Part shown: positions 44,266 through 52,947 of the stretch, in pieces
How positions within the stretch are numbered: the stretch's first letter is position 1
Layout of the letters: the number at the start of each line of letters is the position of its first letter
DNA from: Phycisphaerae bacterium
GTDB lineage: Bacteria; Planctomycetota; Phycisphaerae; UBA1845; Fen-1342
Direction of reading: 5' to 3'
DNA length: 64,000 nt
Assembly (NCBI GenBank): GCA_963675745.2
Contig: CAXXWX010000026.1
Coordinates: 64,001-128,000, forward strand
Notes under the pieces: model-generated
Database searches by the model: none
What the model was told of the DNA's origin: nothing
The model's input: only the letters and a program-made list of their open reading frames with translations
Program-made: the position numbers and the translations under genes

Positions 44266-45740
44266 GCGTTGTTGTTTCCGTTGGTGGCCTTCGACTGCAC
44301 AATCCGTTGCAGGAAGACCTGCATCACGCTGCGATACAGGTCTTTCTTCAACACCGTATCTTCATAGCCATGATCGATGTTGGGGTTGTCGTTAATCTCG
44401 ATCACGTACACACGCCGGCCAACCTGCTTCAGATCGACGCCATAAAGACCGTTGCCGATGAGGCGTGCCGCGCGGAGTGCGGCTGTCATCACGTTCCGCG
44501 GCACATCAGCGAAAGGAACGGCGACGACGCGTCCGTCCTTCGTATGGCCGCTCTCATCCGTCTGTGCGATCTGCCAGTGAGCACGGACCATGTAGTATCG
44601 ACAGGCGTACAGCGCCTGGCCGTCAAGCACGCCGATGCGCCAGTCGAATTCGGTCGGCAGGAACTCCTGGGCGATGACGAGCTCGGAGACCTCCAGGAGC
44701 TGGTCCAGCGAAGCCTGAAACGCCTCGGCGGTCTCACACTTGCGCACGCCCTGTGAGAACGCGCTGTCAGGCTGCTTCAGGACGCACGGCAGGCCAAGCC
44801 GGTCGACGACGGCGTCGCGGTTGTCCCGATGCGCGATCATGGTTTTCGGTTGCGGCACGCGGTATCGTTCGAGCAGTTCGGCCAGAAAGACCTTGTTGGT
44901 ACACTTCAGGATCGACTCCGGGTCATCGATGACGATCAGTCGCTCGGCCGCGGCGCGACGCGCGAAGCGATACGTGTGGTGGTTAACCGCCGTCGTCTCG
45001 CGGATGAAGAGCGCGTCGAATTCGGCCAGCCGGGCATAGTCGTCTTTCTGAATGAACTCCACGTTGAGCTGGCACTGGCGAGCGGCATCTCCGAAGCGGT
45101 CCAGGGCCTTCTGATTGGACGGGGGGAAACGCTCGTGTTCGTCTTGCAGGATGGCCAGGCTGTAGGTGGTGTCACGGCGCGCATAGGAACGCTCACGCTT
45201 CTGCCCGAAGTACGCCTGGGCGGCCTCGGCCACGAACTCGCGATGCGGCTCGGGGATCTCGCTCGCGGCGATGGCCCGGATGCCCTGAAGACGCCAGCCG
45301 TCCTTCTCACGCTCAAAGTCGGCCCGCAGGAACGGCGCCCGAAAGAGCCGAAAGAGCTGGCTGCTCAGCCGGTCGTAGCGCTTGGCCAGGTTCTTGCCGA
45401 AGTAGATGCTCATGGTGAAGTTCGGCGACTGAACGGGCTTCAGACTGTGCTGGAGCAGTTCTTCCAGCTCCTCTGACACGATACGTTTGATCGTCAGCGA
45501 CTTCATGTCCTGGATGGTCGTGATGCTCGGAAGTGGCCGGTGTCCCCGCGCCGTTGCCAGGAGCGATACGTAGTAACCCGCGGCCTGGTATCGGTACGAG
45601 CGACACAGGTTGAACACACGCACGCCGCGACGACTCGCGAACCCCGGATCGGTCAGGTACGCGCGGGCTGCGATGACTTCGGCGCTGGGGATTTTCAGTG
45701 GCCAGGTGTTTGGATTGTCAACCACAATCAGTGGCTGCAT
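44262..45740 (-). CDS. RimK-family ATP-grasp ligase with an N-terminal RLAN-type domain
   Basis: 'FNLCRSYRYQAAGYYVSLLA'; 'CTNKVFL', 'VLKQPDSAFSQGV', 'QEFLPTEFDWR', 'YGVDLK', 'IEINDNPN'. Confidence 0.9.
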   Translation of the reverse strand: MQPLIVVDNPNTWPLKIPSAEVIAARAYLTDPGFASRRGVRVFNLCRSYRYQAAGYYVSLLATARGHRPLPSITTIQDMKSLTIKRIVSEELEELLQHSLKPVQSPNFTMSIYFGKNLAKRYDRLSSQLFRLFRAPFLRADFEREKDGWRLQGIRAIAASEIPEPHREFVAEAAQAYFGQKRERSYARRDTTYSLAILQDEHERFPPSNQKALDRFGDAARQCQLNVEFIQKDDYARLAEFDALFIRETTAVNHHTYRFARRAAAERLIVIDDPESILKCTNKVFLAELLERYRVPQPKTMIAHRDNRDAVVDRLGLPCVLKQPDSAFSQGVRKCETAEAFQASLDQLLEVSELVIAQEFLPTEFDWRIGVLDGQALYACRYYMVRAHWQIAQTDESGHTKDGRVVAVPFADVPRNVMTAALRAARLIGNGLYGVDLKQVGRRVYVIEINDNPNIDHGYEDTVLKKDLYRSVMQVFLQRIVQSKATNGNNNA

Positions 45741-46521
45741 GTCGTGTCCTCTTCTGCTTCGCGTGTGGCTCGATGATCAGCATATTGGCGTCGTAGGTCA
45801 GGACGCCCAGCAGGATCGCGCACAACACGCGTTCGATCGTGATCGAGTACATCGTGCCAAGGCCGAGCGGATTCGGGTGCAACGGGTCCGCTACCCGCAC
45901 CGTCCGCCGGTCTTTGTCGTAACCGCACAGCACCACGAAGTGCCCGGCGGGTAGGCCGCGTATGTCGTCTGTATCATCCTCGGGCCCGAACTCGCGCGCG
46001 GCCCGGTACAGGTAAGTGGAGCTCAGGCCGGTCAGCACCGGCGCTCCAGCCACCAGATGCTTGCGAATGAGGCGGGTCGTCAAGTCTTCGAAGCGGATGA
46101 CACCGCCGCGCTTGAGGTATTCGAGGTAGGCGCCGGTTGCGATCCGCAACTTCTGATCCTGCTTCGCGGCGGCTTGCGCGACGAGCTTGGCTTGCAGGTC
46201 GACGCCCGGCTGCGCAAACCAGGTTGGATCAAAGAACTGCACATTGTACGTGTAGATCGTGGCACGATAGCCGCGCTGCAAAGCGTGGTTTGCCAGCATG
46301 ACTGCGAGTGTTCCGCCGTTCTCGAGTTGCGTCACCTCGCAAATGACGGTCTGAAGGTCGGCTGGATCACCCAGGTAGCGGTAGACGGCGTGCAGGCACG
46401 TCGGTCCGCAGGCCGTATCGTCCGGTTGCGGGAGGATCTCGAGTTCGAGCGCCCCGGGCGTCGTCCCAGAATTTGTGGCGGGGTCGCCGCCGTCACTAAA
46501 AGCGTCAGGCGGTGTGTGCAT
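45718..46521 (-). CDS. Papain-fold C39-like cysteine peptidase
   Basis: 'QPDDTACGPTCL' (Gln/Cys), 'GHFVVLCGYD' (His), 'VADP' (Asp). Confidence 0.85.
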   Translation of the reverse strand: MHTPPDAFSDGGDPATNSGTTPGALELEILPQPDDTACGPTCLHAVYRYLGDPADLQTVICEVTQLENGGTLAVMLANHALQRGYRATIYTYNVQFFDPTWFAQPGVDLQAKLVAQAAAKQDQKLRIATGAYLEYLKRGGVIRFEDLTTRLIRKHLVAGAPVLTGLSSTYLYRAAREFGPEDDTDDIRGLPAGHFVVLCGYDKDRRTVRVADPLHPNPLGLGTMYSITIERVLCAILLGVLTYDANMLIIEPHAKQKRTRHAATDCG

Positions 46522-46987
46522 CTGCCGTCACGCCGATGTCCTTGAGCCAGGCCAACAGTCCTCGAACACCGCCGGTCGCGAAGGAGATCGAGGTGTCGAC
46601 CGCTCCCTGGTAATCAAGCTGATGATATCGCCATCGTCTGTAATAGAGTAGCCACACGGAAAAACCGCGCGTCAAAATCGCCAGTGCGGTCGTAATCCGC
46701 CTTGGGGTCATGATCCACTCGGGGGTGTAGGATGCAGCGGGCCGGGCGCTTCAGGTCAAACAGCGCCAGGGAAACGCCGGGGCCGCCGGACACGTGGGTC
46801 GTGCGACTTGCCGGACATGTCGTCTTCCGAGTACCGACGCTCAAAAGACCCTGGCGATCATAGTGGCCTGCGCCGGAGGGCTATACGCACCGTCACGGGC
46901 GGCGCAATATCCGTGGACACTGACACCGCCGTCTTCCTTCCATGCCAACCCGTGAGGGTTGTGGCACGCGGCCGGTTCACCAGGCTA

Positions 46988-47098
46988 TCAGCCGCCGGTC
47001 AGCAGTGCCACGAATGGATCGATGTCGCCGTTGTTGGCGTCACCGTCGCCGTTAATGTCGCCGGCGGCAACATCGCAGTCGGGATAGGCCAGGGCGTA
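46988..47098 (-). pseudogene. Orphan half dockerin-like repeat, in frame directly after the upstream stop codon
   Basis: After TAA 47099-47101 the same frame reads 'YALAYPDCDVAAGDINGDGDANNGDIDPFVALLTGG*' with no start codon. Confidence 0.8.
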
Positions 47099-48778
47099 TT
47101 ACGTACCGAAGAGTTCGTGGAATGCGGCGAAGTCGCCCAGATCCACGTCCCCATCGCCGGTCAGGTCGCTGTTGGTGAAGTGCGGCGGGTCGCAGCCGGG
47201 GTTGGGCTGGTCGGGGCCGGCCAGGCAGCCACTGAGCAGTTCGAAGTCGGCGAACCGCACGAGACAGTTCTCGTCGATGTCGCCCAAGGGCGCGGCGTTG
47301 CACAGCGTCACGCTCGCCGCGGCGGGGTCGATCTGCATGAAGTCGAACAGGTCGCCGCCCGGGTTGCACTGGGTGTGGGCGGCGGACAGTGTGCCCAGCG
47401 AGATCGTCACCGAGCCGGCCGCGCCGACCTGCACGTCCAGCGTTTCGATCAGCAGGTCCGTGCCCGGGGCCATGCCATCGCCGCCGTCGCATGGCGGGTC
47501 GGTGAATTCGAGTCGCCCGAGCACCTCGATCCACGAGCCCGCACTCAGATCCTGCGGCAGGTTGTTCTCGAACGGGTCCTGGCTCGTCTTCGAGATATAG
47601 CTCAGCCCGCCGGGGGCGTTGGGGTCGGCGGAACGCGCGACCAGCGTGGCCGTCGTCCCGCCCGCGGCGCTCAGCTCGACCGCCACGGTTGCCAACGGCG
47701 CGTCGAACGTCCCGCGCAGCTCCAGCGTCACGATATCGTTCGGATCGACGACGTGCACGCCCGGATTCACCAGCCCGAGCGTGAGCGTAGGCGTGGGGCA
47801 AGGTGCGCTCAGCGCCTCCCACACAAACCCGGCGGTCTCGACCGTATCCCAATAGCACGTCCCGACTACGTCGCCGAAGTTGTTGATGTCGCGCGCGATC
47901 CGCAGATCGGTCAGCGTGTCCGGCGGTAGGGCCGCGTTCAGCATCGAGCGTCCGCCGTTGACCCAGATGCACGCACCCCACTGATCGGAATATCCGACGA
48001 TCACGCCGTCATCGTTGAGCGCGTACGCCTCGCTCCATCCACGGGCGTACGGATCGAGGTCGATCATCACGCCGTCGTAGAGGAATGCGTGGCGCGTGCC
48101 GTCGGCGAGCGTCGCCCAGCCGACGATCTCGCCCAGCGCGTTGATGTCGTGGGCTTCGCTGCGGATACCGCCGAGCGTGCCGAGGTCGGTCATCACGCCC
48201 GTGTCCCAGAGAAACGCGTGGATCTCGCCGCCGGCCGTTTCGGCCGCCCCGACGACCTGCCCGGCCGCGTTGATGCCGTACGCCACGCTCCACGTGCCGC
48301 CCAGCGTGCCGAGATCGGTCCAGGTGCTGCTCTGCCAGAGGAACGCGTGCGTCTCACCGCCGGCGGTCTCGGATGCGCCGACGACCTGGTTGCTGTCGTT
48401 GATGTCGTAGGCCACGCTCCAGCTTCCGCCGAGCGTGCCGAGGTCGGTCAGCGTGGCGTCGTAGAGGAAGGCGTGCCGCTCGCCGCTTGCCGTCTCGGCC
48501 CAGCCGACGACGTCGGCGGTGGCGTTGATCGCGCGTGCTTCGCTGCGGTCGCCGCCGAGCGTGCCCAGATCGACATACGCCCCGCCGTTCCACAGCCGCG
48601 CAGTGCCGTCGTAGGCACCGACGACCTGTCCGGCGTCGTTGACGCCGTAGGCGCGGTCGAACGTGTGCTCGATGAGCGCATCGGGGCAGGTGCCGTCGCC
48701 CGCCCGCACTTCTGGGCCGTGGCCCAGCAGCATGACGGAAACCACCAGCATCATCGCGATCTCAGTTCGCGGTCGCAT
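47099..48778 (-). CDS. Secreted HAF-repeat protein with a cohesin-like beta-sandwich and a dockerin-like tail
   Basis: Tandem 'DLGTLGGxxSxAxxINxxxxVVGxAETxxGExHAFL' repeats; tail 'GDIDENCLVRFADF...DLTGDGDVDLGDFAAF'; GGGAGAAG RBS before ATG 48778. Confidence 0.85.
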   Translation of the reverse strand: MRPRTEIAMMLVVSVMLLGHGPEVRAGDGTCPDALIEHTFDRAYGVNDAGQVVGAYDGTARLWNGGAYVDLGTLGGDRSEARAINATADVVGWAETASGERHAFLYDATLTDLGTLGGSWSVAYDINDSNQVVGASETAGGETHAFLWQSSTWTDLGTLGGTWSVAYGINAAGQVVGAAETAGGEIHAFLWDTGVMTDLGTLGGIRSEAHDINALGEIVGWATLADGTRHAFLYDGVMIDLDPYARGWSEAYALNDDGVIVGYSDQWGACIWVNGGRSMLNAALPPDTLTDLRIARDINNFGDVVGTCYWDTVETAGFVWEALSAPCPTPTLTLGLVNPGVHVVDPNDIVTLELRGTFDAPLATVAVELSAAGGTTATLVARSADPNAPGGLSYISKTSQDPFENNLPQDLSAGSWIEVLGRLEFTDPPCDGGDGMAPGTDLLIETLDVQVGAAGSVTISLGTLSAAHTQCNPGGDLFDFMQIDPAAASVTLCNAAPLGDIDENCLVRFADFELLSGCLAGPDQPNPGCDPPHFTNSDLTGDGDVDLGDFAAFHELFGT

Positions 48779-48798
48779 CGTCTCTTCTCCCATTGCAG

Positions 48799-50748
48799 CT
48801 AATGGCACCTCATGCAGAACCCCAGCGTCACGCGAATCGAGTGCGTGCCGTCCGGGCTTACGCGGCAATGGCCGATCTGGTAGGCCATACCGTATTCACT
48901 ACACTCAGTCGCTCCAGGCTGGCCGAAGAGTGAACACCAGGAATCTGCAAGGGAGTTGTTGATCCCGCCGCCACTCACAATCCCATTCAAGAAGCCCGCC
49001 TGAAACTCCGCCGGGTCGGTGCAATCGACCGGAATCCCCGGCGCCAGCTCGGTCATGTCGAAATACGTCACCGGAATAATCTGCACGTCCGGACCGACGA
49101 ACGGCGACGGATCGAGCGTCTGGTCGATCGTCGCGCCGCTGCCTGGAATCCAGAGCTCGCCCGTGGAGAGCAGCAGCGCGTACGTCAGACCAACGCCGCG
49201 GTGGCGCGGGACGAAGCCCGTCTCGCGGGCCAGGATGACATCGACCAGCGAGATCGCGCCGTCGCCGTCGAGGTCACACTCGGGGCACTCCTCCAGCGGG
49301 TTCTGCCACAGGTGCTCGCGGACGGTTGTCAGCTTCGTGTGCGGGTCGCATTCGATGATGGTCTGGCCCTGCACCTTGCCGCAGCGCGTGCCGCCCCATG
49401 TGGCGACCTTGTAGCTGTCGCCGCCGAAGTTGTAGCAGGTCAGGTTCCACTGGTTCATCTCGAAGTCGACCATCGTGTAGCCGTCGCCGCAGCATGCGGC
49501 GCAGTAGGCGTCGGCCGCGGTTTTCGCTTCGCTGAACGTCGGTGGGAACGGCGTATTCGGATCGCGGTTGGCGCAGTCGCAGTTCGAGCCGGCGAACTTG
49601 ACCAACCGCACCGTCGCCGGCGGGATCGGCCCCGCGTACGGCGGCGGGCCGAGCGTCAGGCCGTAGGGCAGTTGATAGCGGGCCTGATAGAAGTAGCCGT
49701 CATCCCAGATGAAGTTGCCGTAGTATTGCCCGAGCGTGCCGGTGATCCAGTTGAGCGGGTCGTTGGCGGGGCGCTGCGGATCGCGCGCCAGCGCGCCCAT
49801 GACGGGGACGAACCAGTGATGATCGCCCAGCAGGTCGTATTCGACATCCTGGGCGTAGGTCAGCGGGTCCATGGGCGGGTCGCAGCGCGAGCCGCGGTCA
49901 CTCCCCTCCCTGGCAGAGAGGGACTGGGGGAAGGTCGGGATGCTGTCTGCCCGATGACTCTTCGACTTCGCAGCGATCGCCCCCCCTGTGGTCCCCCCTG
50001 CCAGGGGGGACGGTCTTGGCGTCGGCATCCGAAACGCCGCGATCGGCAGCGTGATCTCCGGCTGGTGCGGCGACGTGGTCGTGAGCGTGACGCGGCCGGA
50101 CTGGCGTTCTTTGTCGCCGAGGCCGGCGGTCAGCTTGGCGACGATCTCGTAGCGCTTGCCGGCTTCCAACTCGTTGAGCTTGATCTGGAAGGCCGCGTTG
50201 TCGACCGCGGTCTTGGTGATGGTGACCGGCTCGGCGAGCAGGTTCGTAATCGTGATCTTCCGCTGCGTCGGCTGCGCCTTCTCCGTCCACGCGAAGATGA
50301 GGTTCCGGCTGGGCGTGATCTCAAAGTGTGGCTGGACACGTCCGGCCAGCGCAAACTCGATCCGCTGGGCGTGCGGCTCGGCGACCTCTACGACGACGGT
50401 CTTCCGCACATCGCCATGCAGCCGCTCGGTCTTCAAAGTCACGGGCAGCGACCACGTCCCGCCCGCGGGCACCTCCCGCTCCCAGTCGTCGGTGGTCGTG
50501 CAGCCGCAGTTGGCGCGGACGGATTCGATCGTCAGCGGGGCTGAACCAGGATTCGCCAACTCGAAGACGTGGTGGATGTCCTCCCCGGCGACTGCGTTGC
50601 CAAAGGCGTGCATCAGCTCCGGGACGGTAATGCAAGCTCGGCCCGACCACGTTTCTGACGACTGGGCGCCGCCGACCACGCCGACCGCCACAAACGCGGT
50701 TACGGCGAGTAGAGTTGCCACAGCACCTGCGATACGCAACCTGCTCAC
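48799..50748 (-). CDS. Secreted protein with DUF1573-like Ig domains fused to a Cys-rich domain carrying an EF-hand/dockerin-like motif
   Basis: AAGGAGG RBS; 'HVFELANPGSAPLTIESVRANCGCTT'; later Cys-rich region with 'DLDGDGAISLVD'. Confidence 0.7.
   Translation of the reverse strand: MSRLRIAGAVATLLAVTAFVAVGVVGGAQSSETWSGRACITVPELMHAFGNAVAGEDIHHVFELANPGSAPLTIESVRANCGCTTTDDWEREVPAGGTWSLPVTLKTERLHGDVRKTVVVEVAEPHAQRIEFALAGRVQPHFEITPSRNLIFAWTEKAQPTQRKITITNLLAEPVTITKTAVDNAAFQIKLNELEAGKRYEIVAKLTAGLGDKERQSGRVTLTTTSPHQPEITLPIAAFRMPTPRPSPLAGGTTGGAIAAKSKSHRADSIPTFPQSLSAREGSDRGSRCDPPMDPLTYAQDVEYDLLGDHHWFVPVMGALARDPQRPANDPLNWITGTLGQYYGNFIWDDGYFYQARYQLPYGLTLGPPPYAGPIPPATVRLVKFAGSNCDCANRDPNTPFPPTFSEAKTAADAYCAACCGDGYTMVDFEMNQWNLTCYNFGGDSYKVATWGGTRCGKVQGQTIIECDPHTKLTTVREHLWQNPLEECPECDLDGDGAISLVDVILARETGFVPRHRGVGLTYALLLSTGELWIPGSGATIDQTLDPSPFVGPDVQIIPVTYFDMTELAPGIPVDCTDPAEFQAGFLNGIVSGGGINNSLADSWCSLFGQPGATECSEYGMAYQIGHCRVSPDGTHSIRVTLGFCMRCH
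49901..50010. repeat. Inverted pair of REP-like C/G-run hairpins inside the coding sequence
   Basis: CTCCCCTCCC-TGGCA-GAGAGGGACTGGGGGAAGG (49901-49934) and CCCCCCCTGTGGTCCCCCC-TGCCA-GGGGGGA (49980-50010); the two loops are reverse complements. Confidence 0.55.
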
Positions 50749-51092
50749 TCTCCACCTCCTTTATGGTGGTGTCAGACTGAATTGACATCGGTGGGAGCCT
50801 GTCCGGGAGATTCGGACCAGGCGCGAGGCGACGATTTGCGGAACGGCCAGGCGATTGCCGCCCCTCGAAGTGCGCTGGGTAGGCTCCGCATCCGTTTAAT
50901 GTACCCGTTCGCCACGCTCAACTGCAACATGAAACACGGGTCAGGTCGTGCGTTGGCGAGCTTGTGGCGTCATTGGGAGAATCTGCGTGCTCACGTCGCC
51001 AGCACAGCGGGTGGAGATCCTGCCTCGCTGACGGGTTGTCCCAGCGGAGCAGTCATCGCGCTCCAACCGGCGACGTGCCATTACGCAAAGTC

Positions 51093-51122
51093 GGCCGCCG
51101 GAGACACCTGGCTCCGGCGGCC
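51093..51122. terminator. Perfect 11-bp hairpin downstream of the PEP-CTERM gene pair
   Basis: GGCCGCCGGAG-ACACCTGG-CTCCGGCGGCC; only a weak T-tract on the minus strand. Confidence 0.45.
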
Positions 51123-51230
51123 GCGGGACGCTCAGCGTGGTTCGTTGTCGGGGCCTGCTCGGTGGCTTGCCACGTCGGCGGCGGTCCAGCCAATGTTGTG
51201 CGAATCTGCGCCGTCGGCAGCGAACGATCG

Positions 51231-52118
51231 CTACCAGCGGCGGCGGAGCATCGCCAATACCGCGATCATGAGCAATGACGCAGGCTCGGGCACCGGCGCA
51301 ATAGCGATGTCACCCGGCTCGACAGGCGGGTAACCGTAGGGGTCCCCATCGAAGTACTCGTTCGGACCGAAACTCGGACCCAGCACATAGCTCGAGCCGT
51401 CTGTCGTAAACGTATTGATCTGGCTGAAGTAATCGGGATAGATGCCCTGGCCGACGGCCGCATGATAGCCCATGTCATCGCGCGACCAGTCGATGGTCAT
51501 CCCCTGCGAATAGCCCGTGTCCTGCGTCAGCGAATACAGCTCCGTCATGGCCATTCCGCTGCTCTTGTAGATCTTGTCCACCAGGTTGTCGTGGATGTAA
51601 AAGGCGCCCGTCGAGTCGATCGCAAAGCCGATCGCGCGCGGTGGATCGGGCATGCCGGTGAAGTTGCCGATGTGCGTGGTCCCGCCGGTCATCAGGTCAA
51701 CGCTGTACAAGCGCATGTCCGCTCCCTGAGAGCGAATGCCGTACATCGTGCCGTCGACCGGGTTGAAAGCCAGGTCGTCGAGCGGTTGATAGCTGTTCCC
51801 GACCAGGGTTGCCTGCCCGGTGGTGGTGTCAACTGAATACAGACCGCTCGCGGCACCGCCGGTGCTCTTGTAGAGGGAGGCGTAGGCCCAGAGGCTACCG
51901 CCAGCGTCGAAGTCCATGCCGCCAAAGCCAGTGTCGGTCACGCCCATCGACCCGACAACCTCGAAGCTGGCGGGGTCGTCCGTATCGAACCTGACGAGCT
52001 CGTCCGGAGCGGAAAACGGGTACGGTCGCGGCAGTGCGTTCGGGGCGTAGGCCTCGACCGCGAGGGCACCGGTCGCCGTGCAAGCAGACACGAGTGCAAG
52101 GATAAGCAGTTTGCGCAT
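51231..52118 (-). CDS. PEP-CTERM secreted beta-propeller-like protein
   Basis: Signal peptide; 'LYSVDTTTGQATLVG' and 'LYSVDLMTGGTTHIG' blades; tail 'VPEPASLLMIAVLAMLRRRW'. Confidence 0.88.
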   Translation of the reverse strand: MRKLLILALVSACTATGALAVEAYAPNALPRPYPFSAPDELVRFDTDDPASFEVVGSMGVTDTGFGGMDFDAGGSLWAYASLYKSTGGAASGLYSVDTTTGQATLVGNSYQPLDDLAFNPVDGTMYGIRSQGADMRLYSVDLMTGGTTHIGNFTGMPDPPRAIGFAIDSTGAFYIHDNLVDKIYKSSGMAMTELYSLTQDTGYSQGMTIDWSRDDMGYHAAVGQGIYPDYFSQINTFTTDGSSYVLGPSFGPNEYFDGDPYGYPPVEPGDIAIAPVPEPASLLMIAVLAMLRRRW

Positions 52119-52144
52119 TGGATGTCTCCTCTCTGCATCTCGAC

Positions 52145-52750
52145 CTAGCGGCGGCGAATCACGAGACCGGCGGCGAGCAGCAGCAACGTCAGAGAAGCCG
52201 GCTCGGGTACGGTGGCGCGCAGGTCGTCAAACGTCAGACCCAGGCCGGGGCTCACGTTACCGAGGATCTCAATCCGCGCGATTGGTGTGTCGCTATGCCA
52301 GCCACACCAAGTCCACACCGGGTGAGGCAGAGTGACCGGGACCGCATCAATGACACCGCCGGCCGCATCCTTGAAGGTGAAAGTCGTGCCGACCAGATCG
52401 TCAGCGGTACCGATGTAGCCGCCGAAGTCCACGACCGGCGTGTCGAACTCGATGCAGCCCCACCCAGTTGGCAAGCCGCCCATCAGGTTGCCGTTATAGG
52501 GGTAGATGGACTCGTCGGTAATGCCGCTGTAGAGGCTGTAGGCGATCATGACCGTGTGGGCAAGGTCGTCGTCCATGGCGGCCTGCCCCCCAAAGATGTC
52601 GAGCGGCCCTGGGTAGCCGCCGGGCGAGCCAATCGCCTCAAAGCCCTCATACATGTCCCCGGTGAATTCGCCGATTGAGACAACCGCCGCACTCGCGGAT
52701 CCGACCGCGATCATCAAGAGTGCGCAAAGCAGTGATCGTCGCAGGTTCAT
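52145..52750 (-). CDS. PEP-CTERM secreted protein
   Basis: Signal peptide; tail 'FDDLRATVPEPASLTLLLLAAGLVIRRR'; GAGGAGG RBS. Confidence 0.88.
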   Translation of the reverse strand: MNLRRSLLCALLMIAVGSASAAVVSIGEFTGDMYEGFEAIGSPGGYPGPLDIFGGQAAMDDDLAHTVMIAYSLYSGITDESIYPYNGNLMGGLPTGWGCIEFDTPVVDFGGYIGTADDLVGTTFTFKDAAGGVIDAVPVTLPHPVWTWCGWHSDTPIARIEILGNVSPGLGLTFDDLRATVPEPASLTLLLLAAGLVIRRR

Positions 52751-52947
52751 TCCTCTACCTCCTCAGTTTTGCGTGACGCTGACGCGCTACGAGCGTGTCC
52801 TCTGTAAGCACCATATATCTTCGCGAATGCCCGTGCAACCTTTTTCACGGTTTCTCGCACAAAAATTCGCACGAACAACACTGGCAATCGGTCGCAGCTT
52901 GGTTACAATACGACTTGGGTCACCGAAATGCTGATGCGGAGCTGAGG

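Noticed and set aside
48090..48580. CRISPR-like or non-coding tandem repeats
   Set aside because: These are coding HAF repeats; I saw no repeat-spacer array or cas gene in the window.
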